In this document: positions 38,291-46,243 of the stretch, piece after piece
Position numbering within the stretch: the first letter of the stretch is position 1
Layout of the letters: each line of letters starts with the position of its first letter
Origin: an uncultured Thermoplasmatales archaeon
GTDB taxonomy: Archaea > Thermoplasmatota > E2 > DHVEG-1
Reading direction: 5' to 3'
Assembly (NCBI GenBank): GCA_964517155.1
Contig: CAZFAZ010000031.1
Span: 1 to 46,243 of the forward strand
Length of the DNA stretch: 46,243 bases
Notes under the pieces: model-generated
Seen by the model: only the letters and a program-made list of their open reading frames with translations
The model's database searches: none
What the model was told of the DNA's origin: nothing
Position numbers and translations under genes: made by a program

Positions 38291-39287
38291 TTTTATTCAC
38301 CTTCCTTTCGATAATAGAAGTTGGCAAAGTATATTTATAAAATGTTCCAATAGGATCTACAATGTCTGCAAGAAGTTTTTCTATTTCTTCATCACTCATG
38401 TTTTCTTCTCCTTCGATACCAAGAATACTTGCAATTGAACTCATCATCTTTGCTCCTTGGTCTAAACAATTTGGTGTCGGTCCACCACAACCCGTACAAG
38501 GCATATTTGCATCGATACATCTTGCATCACAACCTCCGCGTGTTACAGGCCCAAGACATATTATTCCTTGTTCGAGCAGGCATTTTTCCTCTATTTTATC
38601 AATTTCATAGATTCGTTTTATCTTTTTTATTTTCTTTTCAGATTTTTCAAATCTACATTCATCACAAACAGATTTCATTGGTGCAAGAAACGTTCCTTTT
38701 TCGGGTAGTTTTCCTTCGACTATTGCACCAACTGCATTCATAATCATATCTGGAGTTGGTGGACATCCTGGAAGATAATAATCTACATCAACTGTTTGAT
38801 CTAGGCTTTTTACAGTATCATAAAACTCGGGAAGAGTTAAGTTGCCTTCTTTTACTTTTGCAGATGTTTTTGGTGTTGTTTTGTTTGGATTTTCAGTTGA
38901 AGGATTATCAAGATATGCAACATCAAAAACTTCTTTTTTGTTTGCAATGTTTGCAAGACCTGGTATTCCGCCGTGTATGGCACATGCTCCAAAAGCAACT
39001 AATATTTTTGATTTTTTTCTTAGAAGTTTTGCAATGTGTTCTTGTTCTTCGGTTCTGATTGAGCCATTAAAGAAACAGACATCTATGTGATTGTCTTTCA
39101 TCGCTTCTACATCTTTATATTTGAAGTCCATTGCAACAGGCCAAAATAGGATATCTGCAACATCTGCAACATCAAGAATTTTTTCATCTATATCAAGAAC
39201 CGCAATTTCACAGCCACCGCAACTTGCAGCCCAGTAAAATGCTATTTTGAGTTTTTTATCTGAAGAACCTGGCATTTTTTTACTCAT
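38271..39287 (-). CDS. mvhG: Group 3c [NiFe] hydrogenase small subunit
   Basis: WAASCGGCE, GACA, PGCPP, VCDEC, CLGPVTRGGC and CTGCGGP motifs. ATG 39287 after GGAGG. Confidence 0.94.
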   Translation of the reverse strand: MSKKMPGSSDKKLKIAFYWAASCGGCEIAVLDIDEKILDVADVADILFWPVAMDFKYKDVEAMKDNHIDVCFFNGSIRTEEQEHIAKLLRKKSKILVAFGACAIHGGIPGLANIANKKEVFDVAYLDNPSTENPNKTTPKTSAKVKEGNLTLPEFYDTVKSLDQTVDVDYYLPGCPPTPDMIMNAVGAIVEGKLPEKGTFLAPMKSVCDECRFEKSEKKIKKIKRIYEIDKIEEKCLLEQGIICLGPVTRGGCDARCIDANMPCTGCGGPTPNCLDQGAKMMSSIASILGIEGEENMSDEEIEKLLADIVDPIGTFYKYTLPTSIIERKVNKNEDNYN

Positions 39288-39360
39288 AAAAAGCCTCCGT
39301 TTTTGTATATGGAATAAAATCATTGTTTTAATATCTTCTTTTTTATGTGAAATAAGATGT

Positions 39361-39392
39361 ATTAACATATGTTAATCAAAATTAGTTTATAA
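39361..39392 (-). promoter_or_regulatory. mvh operon promoter: TATA box plus the perfect palindrome ATTAACATATGTTAAT
   Basis: Minus-strand TTATAAA at 39392-39386. The 16-bp palindrome at 39361-39376 covers the predicted TSS region. Confidence 0.6.
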
Positions 39393-39515
39393 TAATTTTT
39401 ATCATATTTTTTATCAAAATTTTTTTATAATTTAAAATTACAAAATATTTAAATAGTATTATTAACAAAGTATTACTTTAGATATTTATATCGGTGACGA
39501 GGGGAAAAAAACATA

Positions 39516-39932
39516 ATGGCAAATAAAAAAAGAATAATGATAGTAGATGATGACACAGATATACTTTCATCATTAAAATGCCTACTTGAAAAAAATGGTT
39601 ACAAGGTATATACATACGACAATGGTAAAGATTTTTTAAGAAGTCTGTATGCCGGGAAAAAACCATCATTAATAATCTTAGATATAATGATGCCTACTAT
39701 GAACGGATGGGACATTCAAAGCAAGATACGAAGTCATCTCAGATGGAGAACGGTCCCAATTATGTTTCTAACTGCAAGAGCAAGCAGAACCGCACAAGAA
39801 ATGTACATAAAATACGGTGTAGACTATGTATTAAAACCGTTTGATATAAATGACCTATTAGGCAGAATAGATGTTATTTTAGACAACAGGCCAGAATTTT
39901 CAAAAACAATGGTTACAGTTCCTTGTGTTTAA
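39516..39932 (+). CDS. Single-domain response regulator (CheY-like receiver)
   Basis: VDDD, LDIMMP, LTA and KPF motifs. No kinase in the window. Confidence 0.93.
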   Translation: MANKKRIMIVDDDTDILSSLKCLLEKNGYKVYTYDNGKDFLRSLYAGKKPSLIILDIMMPTMNGWDIQSKIRSHLRWRTVPIMFLTARASRTAQEMYIKYGVDYVLKPFDINDLLGRIDVILDNRPEFSKTMVTVPCV

Positions 39933-40005
39933 TAGATTTTACACTAATTTTTTATTAAAAATTTATTCCAATAAGAATTAATATATCTAAAAAGATAACA
40001 AAGTA

Positions 40006-40560
40006 ATGTCTGATGATCTTAAAAAAATCAAAAAAATGCGGCAAAAACTAGGGATAACACAAGCAGAACTTGCAAAACTTGCAAATGTAAGTCAATCAAT
40101 AATTACAAAAATAGAAAATGGAAAAATAGAACCATCATATTCAATAGCAAGGAAGATACTATTAACTCTAGAACAAGAACTTGCAGGAAAACAAGAAAAA
40201 ATAACTGCAAAAGACGTTTGTTCAAAAAAAATTATATCAATTCAATCAGACCAAACAATAGCCAAAGCATTAGAGTTAATGGTTAAAACTGCTATATCAC
40301 AAATGCCAGTCTTTAAAGAACAAGTCTTAGTAGGAAGCGTTTCAGAAGAATTATTTGTAAAAAAATACGATAAAATAAAAAATAAAAACATAAAAATAGA
40401 AGATATAATGGATGAAGCACTACCAACGATACCTGAAAACACAGATATAACACTAGTAAATGAAATGCTGAAAATCTATCCTGCGATACTTGTTTTTAAA
40501 AATGGAAAAACGGTTGGCATAATATCAAAAACAGACATTTTACAAAAATATCCTTTATAA
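40006..40560 (+). CDS. XRE-HTH plus tandem CBS domain transcriptional regulator
   Basis: ITQAELAKLANVSQSIITKIENGKIEPS, ISQMPV and VGIISKTD motifs. Confidence 0.93.
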   Translation: MSDDLKKIKKMRQKLGITQAELAKLANVSQSIITKIENGKIEPSYSIARKILLTLEQELAGKQEKITAKDVCSKKIISIQSDQTIAKALELMVKTAISQMPVFKEQVLVGSVSEELFVKKYDKIKNKNIKIEDIMDEALPTIPENTDITLVNEMLKIYPAILVFKNGKTVGIISKTDILQKYPL

Positions 40561-40651
40561 TACTTCAAACTTTTTTAAAAATAAGCTACAAAATAGATTC
40601 AAAACAGTTATATGTAACATTTATATTCCCAGTTTCGGGAGCGTAATTATT

Positions 40652-41227
40652 GTGTCATCAAAATATTTAGTAGAAATAGTTTTTCACGGACGTGGCGGAC
40701 AAGGCTCTGTCACAGCTGCAAACCTACTAGTTGCAGCAGCATTAAAAGATGGGAATATTGGGTTACAAGCATTTCCCCTATTTGGAGCAGAAAGAAGAGG
40801 CGCCCCAGTTCGCGCATTTGCAAGGATATCTGACAGTGAAATACATCTCAGAAGTGAGATATACAATCCCGATATAGTTATAATACAAGATGAAAGTATA
40901 ATGGGGATTGTAGATGTGCTCAAAGGTCTAAAAAAAGATGGAAAAATACTTATAAATACTCGTAAAAAACCAAATGATTACCCTTTTTCAAAAAAATACA
41001 AAGTTGCAACAGTTGATGCAACAGGAGTTGCAATTAAACATGATATTCTTGTTGGAGGAATACCTGTTGTAAATACACCAATTCTTGGAGCGGTACCAAA
41101 AGTACTTGATAAAGTAACATTAAAATCAATCCAAAGCACGATAAAAGAAAAATGGAAAGGTGAACAAGGAGAACAAAACGTCAAAGCAACAAAAGATGCA
41201 TATGATGCAACGGAGGTGAATTTTTGA
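40652..41227 (+). CDS. porG: 2-oxoacid (pyruvate-type):ferredoxin oxidoreductase gamma subunit
   Basis: HGRGGQG and FGAERRGAPV motifs. GTG start. Confidence 0.93.
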   Translation: MSSKYLVEIVFHGRGGQGSVTAANLLVAAALKDGNIGLQAFPLFGAERRGAPVRAFARISDSEIHLRSEIYNPDIVIIQDESIMGIVDVLKGLKKDGKILINTRKKPNDYPFSKKYKVATVDATGVAIKHDILVGGIPVVNTPILGAVPKVLDKVTLKSIQSTIKEKWKGEQGEQNVKATKDAYDATEVNF

Positions 41228-41496
41228 GTAAAAAATACAATGTTGTTACAAGTATTTCTTATCCAAAAACTGGTGCTATGGGAAAAACTGGCAGCTGGAG
41301 AGTCTTCAAACCTATTTTCAACAAGGATAAATGTGTCAAATGCCTTCGCTGCTGGATATTTTGTCCAGAAGGTGCTATTAAGAAGAATAAAGATGACATA
41401 ATAAGTATAAATATGGATTATTGCAAAGGCTGCGGGATATGTGCAAACGTATGCAAAGTAAAAGCAATAACCATGGGACGGGAGGAACAACAATGA
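41224..41496 (+). CDS. porD: 2-oxoacid:ferredoxin oxidoreductase delta subunit (2x 4Fe-4S)
   Basis: TGSWR, CVKCLRCWIFCP and YCKGCGICANVC motifs. TTG start overlapping the porG stop. Confidence 0.93.
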   Translation: MSKKYNVVTSISYPKTGAMGKTGSWRVFKPIFNKDKCVKCLRCWIFCPEGAIKKNKDDIISINMDYCKGCGICANVCKVKAITMGREEQQ

Positions 41497-42659
41497 AAAA
41501 TATTATGATTAACACAGGTAATTATATTGCTGCAAAAGCAGCAGTCATGGCAAAACCTGATGTGGTTGCCGCTTATCCAATTACTCCTCAGACAACACTA
41601 GTTGAGGGTATTGCAAACTATGTAGCATCTGGAGAGTACAAAGGCGAATACATCTGCGTTGAAAGTGAACATTCTGCAATGAGTGCTTGTATAGGTTCTT
41701 CAGCCACAGGTGTGCGTACGTTTACAGCAACATCATCACATGGTCTTTTGCTTATGCATGAGATGCTTCATTGGGCTGCACTTGCAAGACTCCCAATCGT
41801 AATGTGCAACATTAATCGTGTCATAGGCCCTGGTTGGAATATATGGACTGATGAAAATGATAGCATTAGCCAGCGAGACACAGGCTGGATACAGTTTTAC
41901 TGCAGTAGCAATCAGGAAATTTTTGATACTGTTCTGCAATCATTTAAACTTGCTGAGCATAAAGATGTTGCACTTCCCGTAATGATTAATTATAATGCAT
42001 TTATCTTGTCACATACTTCTATGCCTGCAGAAATCCCAAGTCAAAAAGAAGTGGATAATTATTTGGGAAAATACAAGCCTTTATGGAAAATAGATCCAAA
42101 AAATCCTGTGACTTTTGGAAATATTATAATGCCTGCAGATTATGAAAAAGTACGCCGTGCAATGCAAGATGCTCATGAAAATGCAAAAAAATTAATTCCA
42201 GAAATTGCCCAAGATTGGAAAAAGAAATTTGGTCATTTTCATGGTGATTTAATCGAGAAATATCGCTGTGACGGTGCCGAAATAATTCTTCTTGCAATGG
42301 GTGCAATTGGCGCTGAAAGCAAAGTTGCAATTGACAATCTTAGAGAGCAAGGTTACAAAATAGGTCTTGCACGTGTTAGAACATTCAGACCATTTCCCGA
42401 AGAAGAAATACTTAAACTTGCTAAAAAAGCAGAATTAATTGTAATTGATAGAAATATTTCATGTGGATACGAAGGAGCATTATTTACTGAGGTAAAAAGT
42501 GCATTATACTCAAAAACTGATGCAAAAGTTTCTGGTTTTATCGCAGGTCTTGGCGGCAAAGATGTTCCTTATAATCATGTGGAAGATATATGTAAAAAAG
42601 CAATGAAAGGTAAAATCAAAGGTACTATTTGGTATGGTTTTGAGGAGGTGAAAAAGTAA
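41493..42659 (+). CDS. porA: 2-oxoacid:ferredoxin oxidoreductase alpha subunit
   Basis: AYPITPQT, ESEHSA and TATSSHG motifs. ATGA overlap at 41493. Confidence 0.94.
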   Translation: MKNIMINTGNYIAAKAAVMAKPDVVAAYPITPQTTLVEGIANYVASGEYKGEYICVESEHSAMSACIGSSATGVRTFTATSSHGLLLMHEMLHWAALARLPIVMCNINRVIGPGWNIWTDENDSISQRDTGWIQFYCSSNQEIFDTVLQSFKLAEHKDVALPVMINYNAFILSHTSMPAEIPSQKEVDNYLGKYKPLWKIDPKNPVTFGNIIMPADYEKVRRAMQDAHENAKKLIPEIAQDWKKKFGHFHGDLIEKYRCDGAEIILLAMGAIGAESKVAIDNLREQGYKIGLARVRTFRPFPEEEILKLAKKAELIVIDRNISCGYEGALFTEVKSALYSKTDAKVSGFIAGLGGKDVPYNHVEDICKKAMKGKIKGTIWYGFEEVKK

Positions 42660-42660
42660 A

Positions 42661-43566
42661 ATGGCAATTAAAGATCTTCCTGACACTGAATGTGTTCTTC
42701 CTGGTAGTGCTGCATGTCCTGGCTGTCCTGCTACAATTGGTTTGAGAACAGTTTTTAAAGCACTTGGAAAAAATAGTGTAATGGTTGTTCCTGCCTGCTG
42801 TACTGCAGTAATTGAAAGTTTGTATCCAAATACAAGTTTTGATGTACCTGTTATGAACATTGCATTTGAAGCAGCAGCCGCTGGTGCATCAGGTGTAGAA
42901 GCAGGCCTCAGAGCTCAAGGTAAAGGCGATACAACTGTTATCGCATGGGCAGGTGACGGTGGAACATATGATATAGGTATTCAGGCACTTTCAGGCGCAC
43001 TTGAACGTCAAACCAACTTTATTTACATCTGTTATAATAATCAAATATACTCAAATACTGGAATTCAACGCAGTGGTGCAACACCACTTGGCGCATGGAC
43101 TACTACAACAGTTGGAGGCAAAAAAGAATTCAGAAAAGAGATGGGCGATATTATTCGTGCTCATCATATCCCTTATGCTGCTCAAGCTTGTGTTAGTTAT
43201 CCTGAGGATTTATATAATAAAGTCAAAAAAGCAAAAAGTATCAAAGGACCAAAATACATCGAAATTCTTGCACCTTGTCCACCGGGTTGGCGTTTTCCCA
43301 TGGAAAAAACTGTTGATATGGGAACTCTTGCAGTAGACACTGGCACTTGGCTTTTATATGAGTTTGAAAATGAGAAAATGACTTTTAATGGAAAAAGTAA
43401 ACTTATTCTTGAGAAAAAAATCGAGCCTAAGCCAGTTGAAGAATGGATTAAATACCAGGGTCGTTTTAGACATCTTTTTAAACCCAAAAAAGATGTAAAA
43501 ACACTTAAAATGATTCAGGAATATACTGATATGGTTCTTGATAGATATCGTTCCTGTTATTTATAA
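42661..43566 (+). CDS. porB: 2-oxoacid:ferredoxin oxidoreductase beta subunit (TPP-binding)
   Basis: ACPGC, GDGG..DIG, NTGIQRS and PCPPGW motifs. Confidence 0.94.
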   Translation: MAIKDLPDTECVLPGSAACPGCPATIGLRTVFKALGKNSVMVVPACCTAVIESLYPNTSFDVPVMNIAFEAAAAGASGVEAGLRAQGKGDTTVIAWAGDGGTYDIGIQALSGALERQTNFIYICYNNQIYSNTGIQRSGATPLGAWTTTTVGGKKEFRKEMGDIIRAHHIPYAAQACVSYPEDLYNKVKKAKSIKGPKYIEILAPCPPGWRFPMEKTVDMGTLAVDTGTWLLYEFENEKMTFNGKSKLILEKKIEPKPVEEWIKYQGRFRHLFKPKKDVKTLKMIQEYTDMVLDRYRSCYL

Positions 43567-43607
43567 AAAAAATATAGAGTGTGAAAAAACTATGGAGGCA
43601 ATAGCGT

Positions 43608-44165
43608 ATGTATCAAAAGGAAATGATTCATCAGAGCCTCCCCCTATTGATAATGTGTGGTTTAGGTGCAATCGTTGCAGGTAGCACTCTTGGTTTAATG
43701 ACTGATTTGTTTGAAGAGATTCCTGGTCTTCTTATTGTAATTCCCGCAATTATTGCAATGCGTGGTAATATAAGCACTGCTCTTGGTTCTAGACTTGGTT
43801 CTGCTTATCATCTTGGCATTATTGATTCAAATAATTTATACAATGATGAGCTTAAGCAGAATATTCTTGGAAGTTTAGTTCTAAATTTCTTGGTTTCGTT
43901 ATTAATTGGCATTCTTGCTTTTGTAGCATCTGTTTTTATAGGAATTACTCCTGATCCTGTAAAACTTATTTTAATTGTTTTTATAGCAGGTATTATTTCT
44001 GCTTTAATTCTTACATTGCTCACTATTGTTATTATTTATTTTGTATTCAAACATGGTTGGAATCCAGATAATATCACCGGGCCCGCACTTGCCACATTTG
44101 GCGATATGATTACAATGGCCTGCATTTTTGCAAGTGCCTTGTTTATATTGGGGGTGTTTTCGTGA
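43608..44165 (+). CDS. MgtE-type divalent cation transporter, membrane domain only
   Basis: MRGNI...GSRL and NPDNITGP...GD motifs. Confidence 0.9.
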   Translation: MYQKEMIHQSLPLLIMCGLGAIVAGSTLGLMTDLFEEIPGLLIVIPAIIAMRGNISTALGSRLGSAYHLGIIDSNNLYNDELKQNILGSLVLNFLVSLLIGILAFVASVFIGITPDPVKLILIVFIAGIISALILTLLTIVIIYFVFKHGWNPDNITGPALATFGDMITMACIFASALFILGVFS

Positions 44166-44722
44166 TTTATAGCTGGAAAAAAATTGTGAGACATGGAATA
44201 CCTCTTTTGATGTTCGCAGCTTTAATTGAAGTTTTTGCAGGGCAAATTCTTCAAAACAATGAAGCAATACTTGTTAGTCTGCCAATTTTTCTCATATCTA
44301 TTCCTGTAATTAATAGCGTAGCTGGTAACATCGGCAGCGTCCTTGGCGCAAGACTTGCTTCTGGTTTACATGTTGGTTATGTAAAGATTAGTCTAAATGA
44401 CTCTGAGATGCATCAAAATTTATTTGTTTCACTTTTGACGGGTTTTTTTACGTATTTTATACTTGCGATAGTTATTTATTATGTAGCAGTATTTAGTAGT
44501 ATTGCAACAGAGGACATCATCTTGACAACATTTGTTGGTATCGTTTTATTTACAGGGTTTTTACTCATCTGCGTTGTTGCAGTGGCTAGTATTCTCACTG
44601 CATTTATCTCATTTAAACGTGGTCTAGACCCTGATGATCTAGTCGCACCCGTGGTTACAACTGTTGGAGATTTCATGGGAATTATATTTTTATTTGTTGT
44701 ATTAAATTTCTTTGGAGTATGA
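44162..44722 (+). CDS. MgtE-type divalent cation transporter, second membrane-domain subunit
   Basis: AGNIGSVLGARL and GLDPDDLVAPVVTTVGD motifs. Confidence 0.9.
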   Translation: MIYSWKKIVRHGIPLLMFAALIEVFAGQILQNNEAILVSLPIFLISIPVINSVAGNIGSVLGARLASGLHVGYVKISLNDSEMHQNLFVSLLTGFFTYFILAIVIYYVAVFSSIATEDIILTTFVGIVLFTGFLLICVVAVASILTAFISFKRGLDPDDLVAPVVTTVGDFMGIIFLFVVLNFFGV

Positions 44723-44725
44723 TAT

Positions 44726-45403
44726 ATGTCTGAAATAGAAAAAAAACATAGAATTATATTTGGAAGGCTTCAGAGAACGCCTAAAGAAAAATGGAAAAAA
44801 GAAGAATTTACAGAAATAGAGTATACTCCTAAACCTGTAAAAGAGTTACTTACAGAGATGAAGGACATATCTGAGCTTATAATAGATCTTGCCTATTCTG
44901 CAGTTTTATTTGATAATGATGAAATTGCAGAAGAAGTAAAATGTTTGGATGTTCGAATGGATAAACTAAATTATGATATCCGTATAATGGCAATGATGGC
45001 TGCAAGAACTAAAGAGGATGCTGAAGAGCTTGCAGGAATATTACAGATTGCAGAAGCCGCTGAAAGTATTTCTAATGCCGCAGGAGACATTGTAAATCTT
45101 TTATCAAAAGAAGAAAAAACAGGTCCAATTCTTCCTAAAATTTTAAAAGAAGCAGATGAACAACTTTTTAGAATAAAGGTTTCAAGTTCTTCAAAAGCAT
45201 GTGACAAAAAAATCGCAGAATTAAATATTGAATCAGAAACAGGTATGCGAATTATTGCAATCAGGCGCGATGATTGTTGGATATATAATCCTCAATCTGA
45301 CACAGATATAAAATCAAATGATTGGCTTATTACCCGTGGAACAGATAACGGTTTTCAAGAGTTAAATAAGTTTTTACAGGGTAAAATGGGGGTGCTGGAA
45401 TGA
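44726..45403 (+). CDS. PhoU-like plus TrkA_C (RCK_C) domain protein
   Basis: EMKDISELIIDLAYSA and ETGMRIIAIRR motifs. Confidence 0.88.
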   Translation: MSEIEKKHRIIFGRLQRTPKEKWKKEEFTEIEYTPKPVKELLTEMKDISELIIDLAYSAVLFDNDEIAEEVKCLDVRMDKLNYDIRIMAMMAARTKEDAEELAGILQIAEAAESISNAAGDIVNLLSKEEKTGPILPKILKEADEQLFRIKVSSSSKACDKKIAELNIESETGMRIIAIRRDDCWIYNPQSDTDIKSNDWLITRGTDNGFQELNKFLQGKMGVLE

Positions 45404-45984
45404 GCAAAGAAGATTCTGTTGAGGAAATAGTTTTAGAAATCAAAGATAAATCAGAGTTAATGGTCGATCTTGCATATTCATCTATACTTTATGACAACAG
45501 GACAATCGCTCAAGAAGTATATGACTTGGAAGATTTTGTTGACCGCTTGTATAAATCTCTTCAAAGAAAAACCGTTGAAAATGTTAAAGATAAAAAACTC
45601 AGTGTTGATGATGCATTAACAGTTTTGCGTCTTGCTGAAGCAGGTGAACAAATAGCAGATGCGGCTCAAGATATTGCAGATGTAGAGCTTCGTGATGTAG
45701 AACTTCATCCAATTATAAAAATGAGTATAAGAGAATCTGATGTTGTTTTTACAAAAGTTAAAATAGAATCAAACTCGGTTCTTTGTGGTAAAACACTAGG
45801 CGAGCTTAAACTGGGTAGTGAAACAGGAATGTATGTAAGAGCAATAAGACATGGTAACAGATGGTTGTATGGCCCTGATAAAAATACAAGAATTGATGCA
45901 GAAGATATTATTTTTGCACGTGGTCCTGAAGATGGTGAAAAACATTTAATTGAACTTGCAAGTGGTAAAACAAGTGAAATATAA
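45400..45984 (+). CDS. PhoU-like plus TrkA_C (RCK_C) domain protein, paralog
   Basis: KDKSELMVDLAYSS and ETGMYVRAIR motifs. Confidence 0.88.
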   Translation: MSKEDSVEEIVLEIKDKSELMVDLAYSSILYDNRTIAQEVYDLEDFVDRLYKSLQRKTVENVKDKKLSVDDALTVLRLAEAGEQIADAAQDIADVELRDVELHPIIKMSIRESDVVFTKVKIESNSVLCGKTLGELKLGSETGMYVRAIRHGNRWLYGPDKNTRIDAEDIIFARGPEDGEKHLIELASGKTSEI

Positions 45985-45992
45985 AAAAGCAT

Positions 45993-46243
45993 TTATTCTG
46001 ATATTACTCTAGCACCATATTTATCGATACAGCAGATATAGATCTTACCAAAAACAGATAAAACACGACAGAGTTCTTCTGTTCTGCCTACTGCAAAAAT
46101 ACTGTTTCCAAGCATACACATGCTGGCAAGACCACTGTTTGAAGCAGAATCCATTGCTTGAAGTATTTTTTTATCTGCAAGACCTGTTTTTTTTGTAAAA
46201 AATTGTGATTGATAAAAAAAGTTTTCAATAGATGGGCTTTCAA
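45993..46243 (-). CDS. C-terminal part of a GHMP-family kinase, probably archaeal pantoate kinase (partial)
   Basis: The reverse frame reads ...SQFFTKKTGL...ASMCMLGNSIFAVG...IDKYGARVISE*. Confidence 0.75.
   Translation of the reverse strand, partial: ESPSIENFFYQSQFFTKKTGLADKKILQAMDSASNSGLASMCMLGNSIFAVGRTEELCRVLSVFGKIYICCIDKYGARVISE

Noticed and set aside
39288-39368. 27-aa N-terminal extension of MvhG (similar extensions on PorA, SPFH and ABC-F)
   Set aside because: It overlaps promoter and SD sequence. Downstream ATGs have a proper SD or stop/start overlap, or mark where homology begins.
1137-45992. Numerous 60-170 aa antisense or out-of-frame ORFs in the track
   Set aside because: They lie within well-supported genes and have no motifs, so they are shadow ORFs.

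Overview
AT-rich archaeal chromosome segment, judged from TATA/BRE promoters, an Lrp, an XRE-CBS protein, a four-subunit POR, an archaeal MgtE/PhoU-TrkA_C operon and a pantoate kinase. The gene set resembles an anaerobic, fermentative, non-methanogenic lineage such as sediment Thermoplasmatota, which is an inference. It carries central and energy metabolism genes: an ATP-citrate-lyase-like tail, monomeric IDH, HdrCBA, a group 3c MvhGAD hydrogenase, a group 3b hydrogenase with fused beta/gamma subunits, malic enzyme, POR, an ACD-GNAT fusion next to an HDAC, and LarA. It also carries bacterial-type uvrA-uvrC-uvrB and several regulators. Elements found beyond the ORF track: (1) a YcaO-TPR-Cys-tail enzyme with a divergent 29-aa Cys-rich micro-ORF behind its own TATA box, a candidate archaeal RiPP; (2) a TTAAC-N4-GTTAA palindrome shared by the uvrACB, hdrCBA and mvh promoters; (3) a helically phased TTGAA-N5-TTCAA array before the ACD-GNAT gene that recurs at the lrp promoter; (4) two GC-enriched three-way-junction RNA candidates; (5) a frameshifted tauE, a deleted DUF1801 remnant, an unlisted CxxC-x17-CxxC protein and a probable AUA start for uvrB. 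No rRNA, tRNA, CRISPR array or transposase was seen. All family assignments come from motif recognition, not database searches.
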